DNA from: an uncultured Gemmatimonadales bacterium
GTDB taxonomy: Bacteria > Gemmatimonadota > Gemmatimonadetes > Gemmatimonadales > GWC2-71-9
NCBI GenBank assembly: GCA_963833365.1
Contig: CAWHXS010000012.1
Span: 56,402 to 120,401 of the forward strand
Direction: 5' to 3'
Length of the DNA stretch: 64,000 bases
This document shows positions 29,657 through 38,971 of the stretch, piece after piece. Both the position numbers and the translations under genes were made by a program. A model generated the notes under the pieces. The model was not told the origin of the DNA. It ran no database searches and saw nothing but the letters and a program-made list of their open reading frames with translations. Every line of letters begins with the position of its first letter. Position 1 is the stretch's first letter.

Positions 29657-30832
29657 CTAAGAAGTGAGGCTGCTCACCAGCGCTTGCAGCGCGTGATCCA
29701 GGGCCGCGGCATCGGCCACGGTTCCCTGCGCGATCCGGGGTGATCCCCCGCCCCTTCCACCATGGGACTCGAGTATCGGCTTGAGCGTGGCTCCTGCATC
29801 CACGCCACTGTCCGTCGAAGTGGCTAGAAGGAGGGAAGGGGGAGAGTCGATCGACCCCAACAGGATCACTTTCGGATGTGCGAGGACCGCCTGGGCCAGC
29901 CCCCGGAGGGCTCCGATCGGCCGTCCACCGGCCCGATGCACGATGAGGCGCACTCCATTCGACGCCGGCGCTGTTGCGTGATACAGATCTCTCGCCTGGT
30001 ATCCTACCAGTTGCTCATCAAGCGCGCGGCGCGAGTGTTCCATTAACCGCAAGTCGGCGCGCTGCTTCTCGAACAGAGCGGGGAGGTCGGGGATACCCGC
30101 GGAAGCCACTCCGGCCATCAGGGACAGGGTCTCGTAGTCGGCCCTGGCCTGTAGCACTGCCCGGCTGCCACAGAGGAATTCCAGCCGAGCCTGTTTCTTT
30201 ACCCGCTCGACTCCTCTAATAAGGATGCTCCCGATCTCGCCGGTTGCCCGGACATGGGTCCCGCCGCAGGCGCTCCGGTCGAGATCGGCGATGGTGATCA
30301 CTCGAAGGGTTCCCGACCGATCAGTGGCTTTGCGCAACCCGGAAGCGGCGCCGGCTTCCTCAAAAGCGATGGTGACCGGCCGGTTCTCAAACACCACGGC
30401 GTTGGCCCGTACTTCCGCCTCTCTGACCTGCTCCGAGCTGATTGCCCCCACGTCGAGGTCGAGGCTCGATGTGTCGGACCCGAAATGAACCGAGACTGTC
30501 TGATATCCGAAGGCGTCGGCGAGGACGGCGGAGAGGAGGTGCTGCCCGGTGTGCTGCTGCATGTTGTCGAAGCGACGCGCCCAGTCTATCGATCCCTGAA
30601 CCTTCTCCGCCTCGACCGTCCCATCAACCAGGTGGGCTACGCGTTCTCCTTCGTCGATGACATCGAGCACCCGCTTACCGCCCAGCGATCCCAGATCATT
30701 AGGCTGGCCGCCCGACGTTGGGTAGAACGCGGTGCGATCGAGATACACCCGCCGACCCTCATCCCCCCGCTCCAGGACGGTGGCGGTGAAGTCGGTCAGA
30801 TAACTGTCGGTGTAGTAGAGGCGCTGGGTCAC
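29657..30832 (-). CDS. alaX: AlaX-L type alanyl-tRNA editing protein (AlaRS editing domain plus DHHA1-like C-terminus)
   Basis: 391 aa. YPTSGGQPND, the zinc/editing motifs HTGQHLLS and CGGTHV, and a C-terminal GGRGGGSPRIAQG. Confidence 0.8.
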   Translation of the reverse strand: MTQRLYYTDSYLTDFTATVLERGDEGRRVYLDRTAFYPTSGGQPNDLGSLGGKRVLDVIDEGERVAHLVDGTVEAEKVQGSIDWARRFDNMQQHTGQHLLSAVLADAFGYQTVSVHFGSDTSSLDLDVGAISSEQVREAEVRANAVVFENRPVTIAFEEAGAASGLRKATDRSGTLRVITIADLDRSACGGTHVRATGEIGSILIRGVERVKKQARLEFLCGSRAVLQARADYETLSLMAGVASAGIPDLPALFEKQRADLRLMEHSRRALDEQLVGYQARDLYHATAPASNGVRLIVHRAGGRPIGALRGLAQAVLAHPKVILLGSIDSPPSLLLATSTDSGVDAGATLKPILESHGGRGGGSPRIAQGTVADAAALDHALQALVSSLTS

Positions 30833-32662
30833 TGCCTGTCGTCTGTCTTCACCAATTCGGCGACTTCCCGCAGACCTTCGGCATAGGCCTTCACTTCGAG
30901 GTCGAGTTCAGCCCCGGTCGAACCCAGGGCCTGATGGGTCAATTCCGAGGCCTCAAGGGCACGGGTTCGAACCCGTCCCAGGAGAGCGAGCGCGTCGAGC
31001 ATCCGTTGGACCAGCTTGTCCCGGGTCCGCTCGGTGTCACCCAGGCTGTCGGCCCAACGCTCGAGTCCCCCGTTGAACCGCTCCCGCCGGCTTTCCAGTT
31101 CAGTAAGATGCGCTTCCACATCGGCCAGGTCACGAGCCGCGGCACAGGCGTGCAACAGCAGGTCCTCCGCTTCGGCGGAGCCGCTCTCCACGTTCGCCTC
31201 CACCAGCCGAATTCTCACCGCGTGGACGTTGCGCGCAATCTCCGCGAGCAACTCGAGCGCCGTCCCCTCAGGGAGCTGTGCCAGCGTCTCTCCCAGGACC
31301 TTCCCCGCTTCGGGACTGAGCGGCGAGCGATTGGCCGGCGGCACCAGCGCAGGCCTGCGAATCCGGCGCTGCGCGTCCACGAGGAGGAGGCCTGCCAAGA
31401 CGGGGCTCATCCAGATGAGGACGCCCGCCGCCGCGCCCGGCTGCGAAACCCGAGACCACCATGCCACCCGCCACGAGCGTGAGGCTGCCGGGAAGTGGCA
31501 CCCACCGCCGTCCCGCTACTCGCGCGGGAATGCCCCGGCTTGCCAGCCGCTCGATCACTCGGTCCGAACCGCTCCACGGGACTCGGCTCAATACGCGCCG
31601 ACCTTCTACTACTTCCTGCACTAGCTCAGGCCCCGCCTTGGGACCGAGCAGCCGGTGAATCCGTTCGCGCCGGTCCGCGCGCTCGGTCTCCGAGACCGGA
31701 GGATGGAGGAGCACATGCACCTCGTGGCCGGCAGGTGCCAGGGAGGCGCAGGCCGCGCACAATCCGAGTCCCAGCGGGTCGCGCATGCCGCACATGAGGC
31801 AGAAGTCCACCTCGCCCCACTCCGGCATCGCTAGGGAGTTGGGCCCCGGCGTTTGATCCGCCAGCGCCTGGGTTGCGACTTCGCACGAAGCGAAGCGGTC
31901 GGCCGGCCGGGCCGCGGTCATCCGGGCCACAGTCGCGTCCAGCCACGCTGGAATCTCCGGGCGAATTTGCCCTGGCCGGAAACCTTCCGCCACCGGTGAG
32001 GGTGGGAGGTGGGGAGATGCCCGCTGGGGTAGCCGTCCCGTCAGGCCAAGATACAGCGTCAGTCCCAGCGAGTAGAGATCCGAGCGCGCATCGCCTCGTT
32101 GCCCCTTGAAGACTTCGGGAGCCATGTAGTCGAGGGTCCCGACCGCGGCACCCGTAGCGGTAACCGTGGTCTGTCCATCGAGCCGGGCCGAACCGAAGTC
32201 GGTGAGTCGGGCGCGACCATCAGGATCGAGCAGGATGTTCTGCGGCTTCACATCGCGATGCAGCACTCCATGGCGGTGTCCCGCGGACAGAGCCGACGAC
32301 ATCTCCTGGCCCAGGCGTGCTGCGTCATCGGGTGCCAGCGGTCCCCGCTCTCTGACCCGAACCGCCAGATCCGGCCCCGCCACGTATTCCATCACCATGA
32401 AGCTCCACTGCCCCTCTTCGGCGAAGTCGTGCACCGCGACGATGTTGGCATGGGAGAGCCGGCGGGCGGCGAGCACCTCTCGACGCATGCGCTCCCGCGC
32501 CAATTGGGCCATCGCTGGAGGAGGCACCAGCAGCTTGATGGCGACTTCGGCCCCAAGCTCATTGTCGCGGGCGCGATAAACGACCGAGTATCCCCCCCGC
32601 CCGATTTCTCCGAGGATCTCGTAGCGAGCGAGCAGGAGGCTGCCGGACTGGAGATAGCTCAT
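30829..32662 (-). pseudogene. Hanks-type Ser/Thr kinase - zinc ribbon - TM - coiled coil, one frameshift near 31440 (alternatively two genes)
   Basis: Start MSYLQSGSLLLARYEILGEIGRGGYSVVYRA. HRDVKPQNILL and DFGSA. A CxxC..CxxC ribbon (FCLMCGMRDPLGLGLCAAC). The TM helix is split between frames (SLTLVAGGMVVSGFAAG / AAAGVLIWMSPVLAGLLLV). The helical tail continues to 30829 and overlaps the alaX start by 4 nt. Confidence 0.7.
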
Positions 32663-32666
32663 CAGC

Positions 32667-33257
32667 TCAGTTTCCCTGAGCCTTATCCAGCCGGCCCAGC
32701 ACTTCGATTGCATTCGAGCGCCAGCCGTCATTGCTGGTATAGAGCTCGAGGAAACGGCGCAGGTGAGTCGCGGCGAGATCGGGTTGGCCGAGCACGTACT
32801 CCGACATCCCGGCGTGGTAGAGCGCCATGTAGTTCTCGGGCCAGAACTCGAGTACCAGCTCCATGATGGGCCCGGCGGAACGGTCGTCGCCGGCGTCGGC
32901 TACCGGATGGCCTATGTCGAAGACGATGGCCGAGGCCTGGCCTCGCTCACCGGCGGGGAGGGCGGTGATTAGTGACCGGGCCTGGTCGATGCGACCGGCC
33001 AGCGCATAGCACGCTGCTCCATAGCCGGCGCCCTGCATCCCCGCGGGCGCAGGCGTCTGTCGCATCATCGTCTCCACCTCGACCGAGTTGCAGTACGGCT
33101 TCATGGACTGGAACCAGCCGGCGGGCCCGCTGGGTTGTCCGGCGGGTGCCACGGGTGAAGGCGCTGGGGTTGGAGCTGGCGTCGCTCGGGTGACTCGATA
33201 CGCCACCACTCCGCAAACCGCGGTGTAAGCAATGCCGAGGGCGTAGAGGGACCGCAT
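32667..33257 (-). CDS. Hypothetical membrane-anchored protein (helical, TPR-like C-terminus)
   Basis: 196 aa. An N-terminal hydrophobic helix and a Pro/Ala linker. Its stop lies 4 nt upstream of the kinase start, implying co-transcription. No family recognised. Confidence 0.45.
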   Translation of the reverse strand: MRSLYALGIAYTAVCGVVAYRVTRATPAPTPAPSPVAPAGQPSGPAGWFQSMKPYCNSVEVETMMRQTPAPAGMQGAGYGAACYALAGRIDQARSLITALPAGERGQASAIVFDIGHPVADAGDDRSAGPIMELVLEFWPENYMALYHAGMSEYVLGQPDLAATHLRRFLELYTSNDGWRSNAIEVLGRLDKAQGN

Positions 33258-33518
33258 GCCATCGCCTCATGTCTCAGAGAGTTACCGGGGGACGCGGAGA
33301 CGGACCCCAGTTGGACACTCTCATAGAGGGCAACCGGCATGCCCAGGCGTGTAACTCCTGTCGCACAATTTGGGGGACGTTCGGGGCAATCGTCAGCTTC
33401 CGAGACACCCTCAAGATCTGCTGGTTGTCCTCACCTCGAGCAGGCCATTTACTAGGGATCACCCAAGGGCGGCGTGGGTGGGGCGGGATCGGTTGGGGAC
33501 TTTGGATACGAGGACGCC

Positions 33519-35912
33519 ATGCTGCGACTCCTTCGTCGCGGCGGCCTGCTCGTTGTCGCCCTGGGACTGGTGCTGTCGTGCGCAGCGCCGGACTCGACTG
33601 CTCCCAGCGCCGGCAACCCGCCTCCGCCCGCCAATACCCGACTCTGGTCCGACCCCGCTACCTGGCCCGGCCATCAGCTTCCTCAGGCCGGCGACTCGGT
33701 GGTGATTCCCGCCGGAGCCACGATCAAACTCGACACGGATCCGCCCGCGCTCCACAGCCTGACCATCGAGGGCATGCTGTTTTTCGCCGACCGTGACATC
33801 AACCTCACGACCGGCTGGATCCTGGTGGACGGCACGCTGCGTGTCGGCACCGAGAGCGCTCCCTACCGGAACCGCGCCGTCATTACCCTTACCGGAAGTC
33901 CCGGCAACGCGGACATTCGCGGCGTCGGCAACAAGATGATCGGGGTGACCGGCACGCTCGATCTGCACGGCGAGGGACGGGCCGGCTGGACTCAGCTCAG
34001 CGCGAGTGCGGCGGCTGGGGCCACCAGTATTGACCTCAAGAAGGCAATGGGCTGGCGAGCGGGAGACCGGATCGTTCTTGCGTCCTCCGATTTCGATCCG
34101 GGTCAGGCCGAAGAGGCGGTGATCAGCGCCGTCAACGGCAGCAACCTCACGCTCGAGCAGCCGATTCGGAACGCGCACTTCGGCCAGCTGTTAACAGTGG
34201 CGGGACAGAGCGTGGACGAGCGCGCGGAGGTAGGACTCCTCACCCGGAACATCACGATCCGGGGTGATACCGGTTCTACCCCGGGCTATGGCGGTCACAT
34301 CATCGTGCTGCAGGGAGCCACCGCACGGGTCGAGGGCGTCGAGTTGTTCCAGATGGGCCAGCGAGGCCATCTCGCCCGGTATCCGATGCACTGGCACGTG
34401 GCAGGCGACGTGTCGGGACAGTACTTCAGGAACAGCAGCGTCTGGCGCACCTTCAGCCGCTGCGTCACGGTTCACGGGACCGACAACGCCCTGGTCCAGA
34501 ACAACGTCTGTTACGACCACACCGGTCACGGCTATTTCCTCGAGGACGGTGCCGAGACCGGCAACACCTTCGAGGGGAACCTGGGGCTGGTCTCCCGGAT
34601 TCCGCAGGGAACCGACCGGCTGCTCGAATCGGACTCTCGTGCGGCCACGTTCTGGATCACCAATCCCGACAACACCTACCGGAACAACGTTGCGGCGGGG
34701 TCCAAGGGTATGGGATTCTGGTGCGCCTTCCCGCAGGCGCCGACCGGGCTCTCGGTGGGACAACCCAACCTGCCCCAGACCACTCCGCTCCGTGAATTCA
34801 GCGGGAACGTGGCCCACTCCAACAACCAGGGCGCGCTCCACGTGGATGATGGTCCGCTGCCGGATGGGACCACGACGGTCACCAACTACACTCCGCGGGC
34901 GGATCCTGCCGATCCATCTTCGGCCCCGGTGGTGGCTCACTTCACCAACTTCCGCGCCTACAAACAGGGCTACCGGGCCGTGTGGCTGCGGGGACGGAAT
35001 CTCGAACTGGATGACTCCCAGCTGGCCGACAACGGGATCGGAGCAACGTTCGCGGCCTCGGAAACCTTCGTGAAGAACACGGTCTTCATCGGGGTGTCGG
35101 GCGCCGCTTCTCGACTGCCGACCAGCGGTTTGCTCAAGGGATACGAGTTCTACGACGGGCGGGTAGGCGCGGAGAATGTCACCTTCGTCAACTACACGGC
35201 GGCATCGTCCATTCCGGCGGGTGCGCTGGGCTACAATCGCACCAACGCGTTCCCGATCGACCCGCGGAACTTTGCCCGCAATGCGACCTTCATCAACTCG
35301 AACGAGGTGTACATCGAGGACCCGGCTGCGGATAAGGATGGAGACAAGGCGGCGGTGTTCTTCGATGAGACTGGCGAGGTCTCGGGAGCCGCCAACCAGT
35401 GGATCGCGGCCAACGTGCCGATCCTGCTTTCCGGGTCCTGCAGCTACCGGGCGCAGTGGAACGCGCACATCTGTACCAACAGCTTTATCAATCTCAGCGT
35501 AAGAAGCGGAGGAAATGAGGCTGTCGCTCCGCTGGATGTCGTTCGGGATGATGCCGTGAGCCTTACCCTGTCGGGCACCGGCAACCAGCCGGAGCACGCG
35601 GCGATGTCCGTCATCCCCGGACGGGGGTACACGCTGCAGTGGAGCGGTGCCCAGCCGCCTACGCCGCGGATCTATCTCAACGATGCCGTCGTGGGGAACT
35701 CGGTGATGGTGTCTCTACCTCTCTCCAGCCCGCCACCCAAGGTGATCCGGGACTACAACACCTCGCAGCCCCTCGGCTCGGTCGCCGACCTGGCGGCGCT
35801 TTCGGCGAGCAACGGAGACAAGTACTACTACGATGCCGGCTCCGGCACCTTGCACCTCAAGATCGTGGTGCAGTCGGGCCGCGACTGGGCGACGATCTTT
35901 GTGACGCCGTAG
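33519..35912 (+). CDS. G8 domain plus right-handed beta-helix lipoprotein (CEMIP/TMEM2/PKHD1-like fold family)
   Basis: Start at MLRLLRRGGLLVVALGLVLSC (lipobox). The G8-like N-terminus is WSDPATWPGHQLPQAGDSVVIPAGATIKLDTDPPALHSLTIEGMLFF...GTLRVGTESAPY. It is followed by ARYPMHWH and repeated PbH1-like turns (CVTVHGTDNALVQNNVCYDHTGHGYFLEDGAETGNTFEGN). Confidence 0.75.
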   Translation: MLRLLRRGGLLVVALGLVLSCAAPDSTAPSAGNPPPPANTRLWSDPATWPGHQLPQAGDSVVIPAGATIKLDTDPPALHSLTIEGMLFFADRDINLTTGWILVDGTLRVGTESAPYRNRAVITLTGSPGNADIRGVGNKMIGVTGTLDLHGEGRAGWTQLSASAAAGATSIDLKKAMGWRAGDRIVLASSDFDPGQAEEAVISAVNGSNLTLEQPIRNAHFGQLLTVAGQSVDERAEVGLLTRNITIRGDTGSTPGYGGHIIVLQGATARVEGVELFQMGQRGHLARYPMHWHVAGDVSGQYFRNSSVWRTFSRCVTVHGTDNALVQNNVCYDHTGHGYFLEDGAETGNTFEGNLGLVSRIPQGTDRLLESDSRAATFWITNPDNTYRNNVAAGSKGMGFWCAFPQAPTGLSVGQPNLPQTTPLREFSGNVAHSNNQGALHVDDGPLPDGTTTVTNYTPRADPADPSSAPVVAHFTNFRAYKQGYRAVWLRGRNLELDDSQLADNGIGATFAASETFVKNTVFIGVSGAASRLPTSGLLKGYEFYDGRVGAENVTFVNYTAASSIPAGALGYNRTNAFPIDPRNFARNATFINSNEVYIEDPAADKDGDKAAVFFDETGEVSGAANQWIAANVPILLSGSCSYRAQWNAHICTNSFINLSVRSGGNEAVAPLDVVRDDAVSLTLSGTGNQPEHAAMSVIPGRGYTLQWSGAQPPTPRIYLNDAVVGNSVMVSLPLSSPPPKVIRDYNTSQPLGSVADLAALSASNGDKYYYDAGSGTLHLKIVVQSGRDWATIFVTP

Positions 35913-36057
35913 ACTCGGCGGCTCGGCGCCTCGGCGGACGCCACCCCGAAAAGCTTACCGCGGATGACGCGGAGTACGCGGAAGAACGCGGAGGGAAGTA
36001 CCTATAAACCACTTCGGCGTGAATCCGCGTGTTCCGTGTGTTCCGCGGTATGCAGTT
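35913..36057. repeat. (CTCGGCGN)x3 octamer array plus copy 1 of a palindromic nonamer-arm element
   Basis: ACTCGGCG GCTCGGCG CCTCGGCG at 35913-35936. The palindrome at 35950-36057 has left arm AAGCTTACCGCGGATGACGCGGAGTACGCGGAAGAACGCGGAGGGA and right arm CCACTTCGGCGTGAATCCGCGTGTTCCGTGTGTTCCGCGGTATGCAGTT, with a short loop. Confidence 0.8.
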
Positions 36058-36156
36058 GCGAACGTAGCATCGGGGGTCGTGCGCGTTGGAGGGCCAGACC
36101 GTAGCTTGCAGCAACGGAACTAGGGACGCGTTCCCTCGGAGGAAGAGGGGCTTGGC

Positions 36157-36761
36157 ATGAGGCTATCCTGGTTGGTCCCGTTGCTGATGCTGGACGTGAG
36201 CGTCGTGGCACCGCCGCGATGGATCGCTGCCCAACAGAAAGTCCGAGCGCAGACTGCCCCGCTGTTCAGGGAGACCCCAGGCGTAGGGTGTGCCCTGACA
36301 GTCTGGTAAAGAGATCGGAACTCGGCGAGCCGATCCCGGCAGGGAACAGCAAATGGTTCACTGCCAGCTACAACGACGCGACCGATAACTCCCCCACGAT
36401 AGTCGCAACACTACCCGCGTCTCCGCCGAAGAATCACGTCGGTAGGTTCCCCCAGCTCAACGTCCGCTGCAAAGGCAATCAGCTCAACGCATGGGTGGAT
36501 TGGGGTCAATCTCTCGCATCGGGCACGTCTATGACCTTTCGATTGGACGATAGGTCAGTCAGGCTCGACTGGCAGTTCAGCTCCGACCATAAAGCGTTCT
36601 ATTTTCTGGGGAAAGCGAAACCCTTCATCGAGACGCTGCTCAAGGCAGAACGTTTTACGGTTCAAGCAGCCCTGCGTGGCCAACCCCTGATTGCCGCGGA
36701 TTTTGTTCTTCGAGGAGCGGACCGCACTCTCGGTCCCTTGTTGCGCGCATGCGGGTTATGA
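36157..36761 (+). pseudogene. Hypothetical secreted protein; the SD and signal peptide are out of frame with the body (one frameshift near 36285)
   Basis: GGAGG at about 36139, then ATG 36157 giving MRLSWLVPLLMLDVSVVAPPRWIAAQQ, which stops at about 36306. The 180-aa body ORF (36219..36761) is in another frame and has no signal peptide of its own. Confidence 0.4.
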
Positions 36762-36871
36762 GCCCTTAGGCCGAAAGCTGCTCCAGAAACAGTTGACCCT
36801 CCGAATGCTCAGAAAGCACTCGGAGGGTCTACGTTTTTGGAACCGCTGACGGCTGACGGCCAGTGGCTTCT

Positions 36872-38827
36872 CTACTGCACCCCCGGCAACCCGTCACCCA
36901 GCGCCTTCAGGACCTGGGTCACGGTCAGAGGCCGCGCGCTCTCCGGCGTGCTCGACCAGGAGTCCATCCGCTGGGCGATCCAGATGCGCTTGGCGTTGTA
37001 CTCCTGCTTGGCGTTCAGGTCCTTGAAGGCGAAGGCGCCTCCCTTGACCTCGAACTGACCCTGCTGCTTGTCGAGCAACGCGAGAAGCTCGCTCACCTGC
37101 TTGAACATCAGGTCGGATGCCTGCGTCAGGTCCGTCGGCTCGACGTAAGACTGCCGTCCCGCCCAGACGCGCATCTCATTGGACGGCCACTTGCCCGACC
37201 GCTGCGAGGCGAGAACGCTGTCGTCGTAGGCTTTCTCGATGCGCGTAACTCGAGTCCGGTACTGAGCGATGGCTTCCGAGCCGCCCTTCCAGGCTGAGGC
37301 CGCATCGGTAATTCCCTCCGACGTGGAGAGGCGCGATGCGGAGAAGATCCGGATGAAGCCGGCTGCCATGAGCTTGCTGTAGAGGTCCTCGCGGGCTGCC
37401 GTCGCGGCTTCACCGTAGCGGCGGGTGAGTTCACTCGGTGCGACACCAGATCCACCACTCGTCATGGCGGCCACTTCGACGTCTGGTGCGCTCATGTCGA
37501 GCTTCGTCGAGCGGAAATCGGGGCGCACGGCCGCGACGATCTGTTCTGATTGCCCCGAGTCAACCGATGCGGGAACTGACTTATCAGTCCCGGCCGCAGG
37601 ATTCTGCTGCCCTGCGGCAGCCGGTTTTCCGGTGTTGGGCGTGTTCTGCGCGTTTGCCGTCTGAACCAGCTGGGAGCCGTTCGCCGGTTTGCCTGCCGCC
37701 GTCGTCGGAGCTGTGCTGGGATCGGCAGCGGTGGCTACGGTCGTCGGGGGGTTTGACCCATTCGAGGCCCACGGCTTCCAGAACGCGACCACGCCAAGCA
37801 ACGCCAGGACGCCAACGCCACCCGCCACGAGACCCATCTTGCTCTTCTCCGGCCGGTGGTGAATCGGCGCGGGAGGCTGGGCCAGTTCGACTGGCGGTGC
37901 CTCCACCTCGAGATCCACGTGCGCCGCGCGCGGCTTTGGCACACTCGGCTGCACCGCGATATTGCTGAAGGGCGTGCGGTCGAGAGTCGGAGTCCAGACG
38001 TTCCCGCCGTTCTCGGCAGGCTTGGTCGAAGCGTTCTTGTCCTGGGCGAGTTCGGGGCCGGGCAGGACATCGACGGGCGCGCTGTCGTTGACGGTCCGAT
38101 GCCCGTTCGAATTGCGGATCGGGCTATCAACGCCATCGCCCGCGATGAGGAATTCATCCTGAGCCGGTTCCGGCTTCGGTGCCGGTTCCGGCTTCGGTGC
38201 CGGCTTGGGCTTGGGAAGCTCCACGTCGAGGAAGAGCAGTTCCTTGCTCTTCTTCGGCCTGGGTGGAGGCGTCGGCTCTGCCGGAGCAGCAGGAGCGGAA
38301 GCCTGAGGCTCGGAGCTCTGCGGAGCCGGCACCGGCTCGGTAGCCACCGACGAGGTCGTCGCAGCAGCAGCCGGCGCCGACGGCATCGTCAGCTTCGGCG
38401 CCGGACTGTTGAGGGGCGGGCGTACCTGAGTCAGTGCAGGGCGAACCCCAGAGCTGGTCAGAGCCGGCTGCTTCTGGCTGTCGCCTGTCGCAGGGCGGGG
38501 CGCAGTCCCGATCGCAGGCCGCTGTCCCGAGTGCTGACGAGCCGGCTTCGAGAGAGACGGCGGTGCCGCCTGAACTCCAAATGGACTGAGAGTAGGTTTC
38601 GCACTGCCGGGAGGTGTGAGACGGGCAGTGTGGCCGTTCCCGTTCTCCTCAGCCAATCCGAGGGCGGAGCGGTAGTGAGGGTGACTCTTTACGTCGAGCC
38701 ACTTGTTGGCCCGCGAGTGGAATATTTCGTCTTCAGCGGCGATGATGCCGCTGCGAACGGCCGCGTTGAACTCCTCGAGGGTCTTGAAGACCGCCTCTTC
38801 GCCTGAGCTCGAACGGATACGGTACAT
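36872..38827 (-). CDS. GYF_2-like N-terminal domain, Pro-rich, single-TM protein of unknown function
   Basis: 651 aa. The N-terminus MYRIRSSSGEEAVFKTLEEFNAAVRSGIIAAEDEIFHSRANKWLDVKSHPHY resembles DUF4339/GYF_2. A long P/A/S-rich region and a TM helix (MGLVAGGVGVLALLGVVAFW) follow. The C-terminal ~270 aa are unrecognised. Confidence 0.5.
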   Translation of the reverse strand: MYRIRSSSGEEAVFKTLEEFNAAVRSGIIAAEDEIFHSRANKWLDVKSHPHYRSALGLAEENGNGHTARLTPPGSAKPTLSPFGVQAAPPSLSKPARQHSGQRPAIGTAPRPATGDSQKQPALTSSGVRPALTQVRPPLNSPAPKLTMPSAPAAAATTSSVATEPVPAPQSSEPQASAPAAPAEPTPPPRPKKSKELLFLDVELPKPKPAPKPEPAPKPEPAQDEFLIAGDGVDSPIRNSNGHRTVNDSAPVDVLPGPELAQDKNASTKPAENGGNVWTPTLDRTPFSNIAVQPSVPKPRAAHVDLEVEAPPVELAQPPAPIHHRPEKSKMGLVAGGVGVLALLGVVAFWKPWASNGSNPPTTVATAADPSTAPTTAAGKPANGSQLVQTANAQNTPNTGKPAAAGQQNPAAGTDKSVPASVDSGQSEQIVAAVRPDFRSTKLDMSAPDVEVAAMTSGGSGVAPSELTRRYGEAATAAREDLYSKLMAAGFIRIFSASRLSTSEGITDAASAWKGGSEAIAQYRTRVTRIEKAYDDSVLASQRSGKWPSNEMRVWAGRQSYVEPTDLTQASDLMFKQVSELLALLDKQQGQFEVKGGAFAFKDLNAKQEYNAKRIWIAQRMDSWSSTPESARPLTVTQVLKALGDGLPGVQ

Positions 38828-38971
38828 GACGGCTCTCCGCAGGGCGTTAGTGCTGTGTGTGTCAATATAAGCAACACTCAGGCCTGAAACCTAAACCGTT
38901 ATATATCAACAAGTTGTCCATTTTTTAGACGGTGCGATAGATCACTATTTAGGCGGTTTGCTAGAGGAGAG

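Noticed and set aside
38828-38971. The most AT-rich gap of the window, lying between the GYF-domain gene and the dpaL-like gene; I considered it as a possible foreign-DNA junction or ncRNA
   Set aside because: It is a normal-sized divergent promoter region with TATA-like elements on both strands. It has no repeats, no conserved structure I can see, and no compositional change in the flanking genes.
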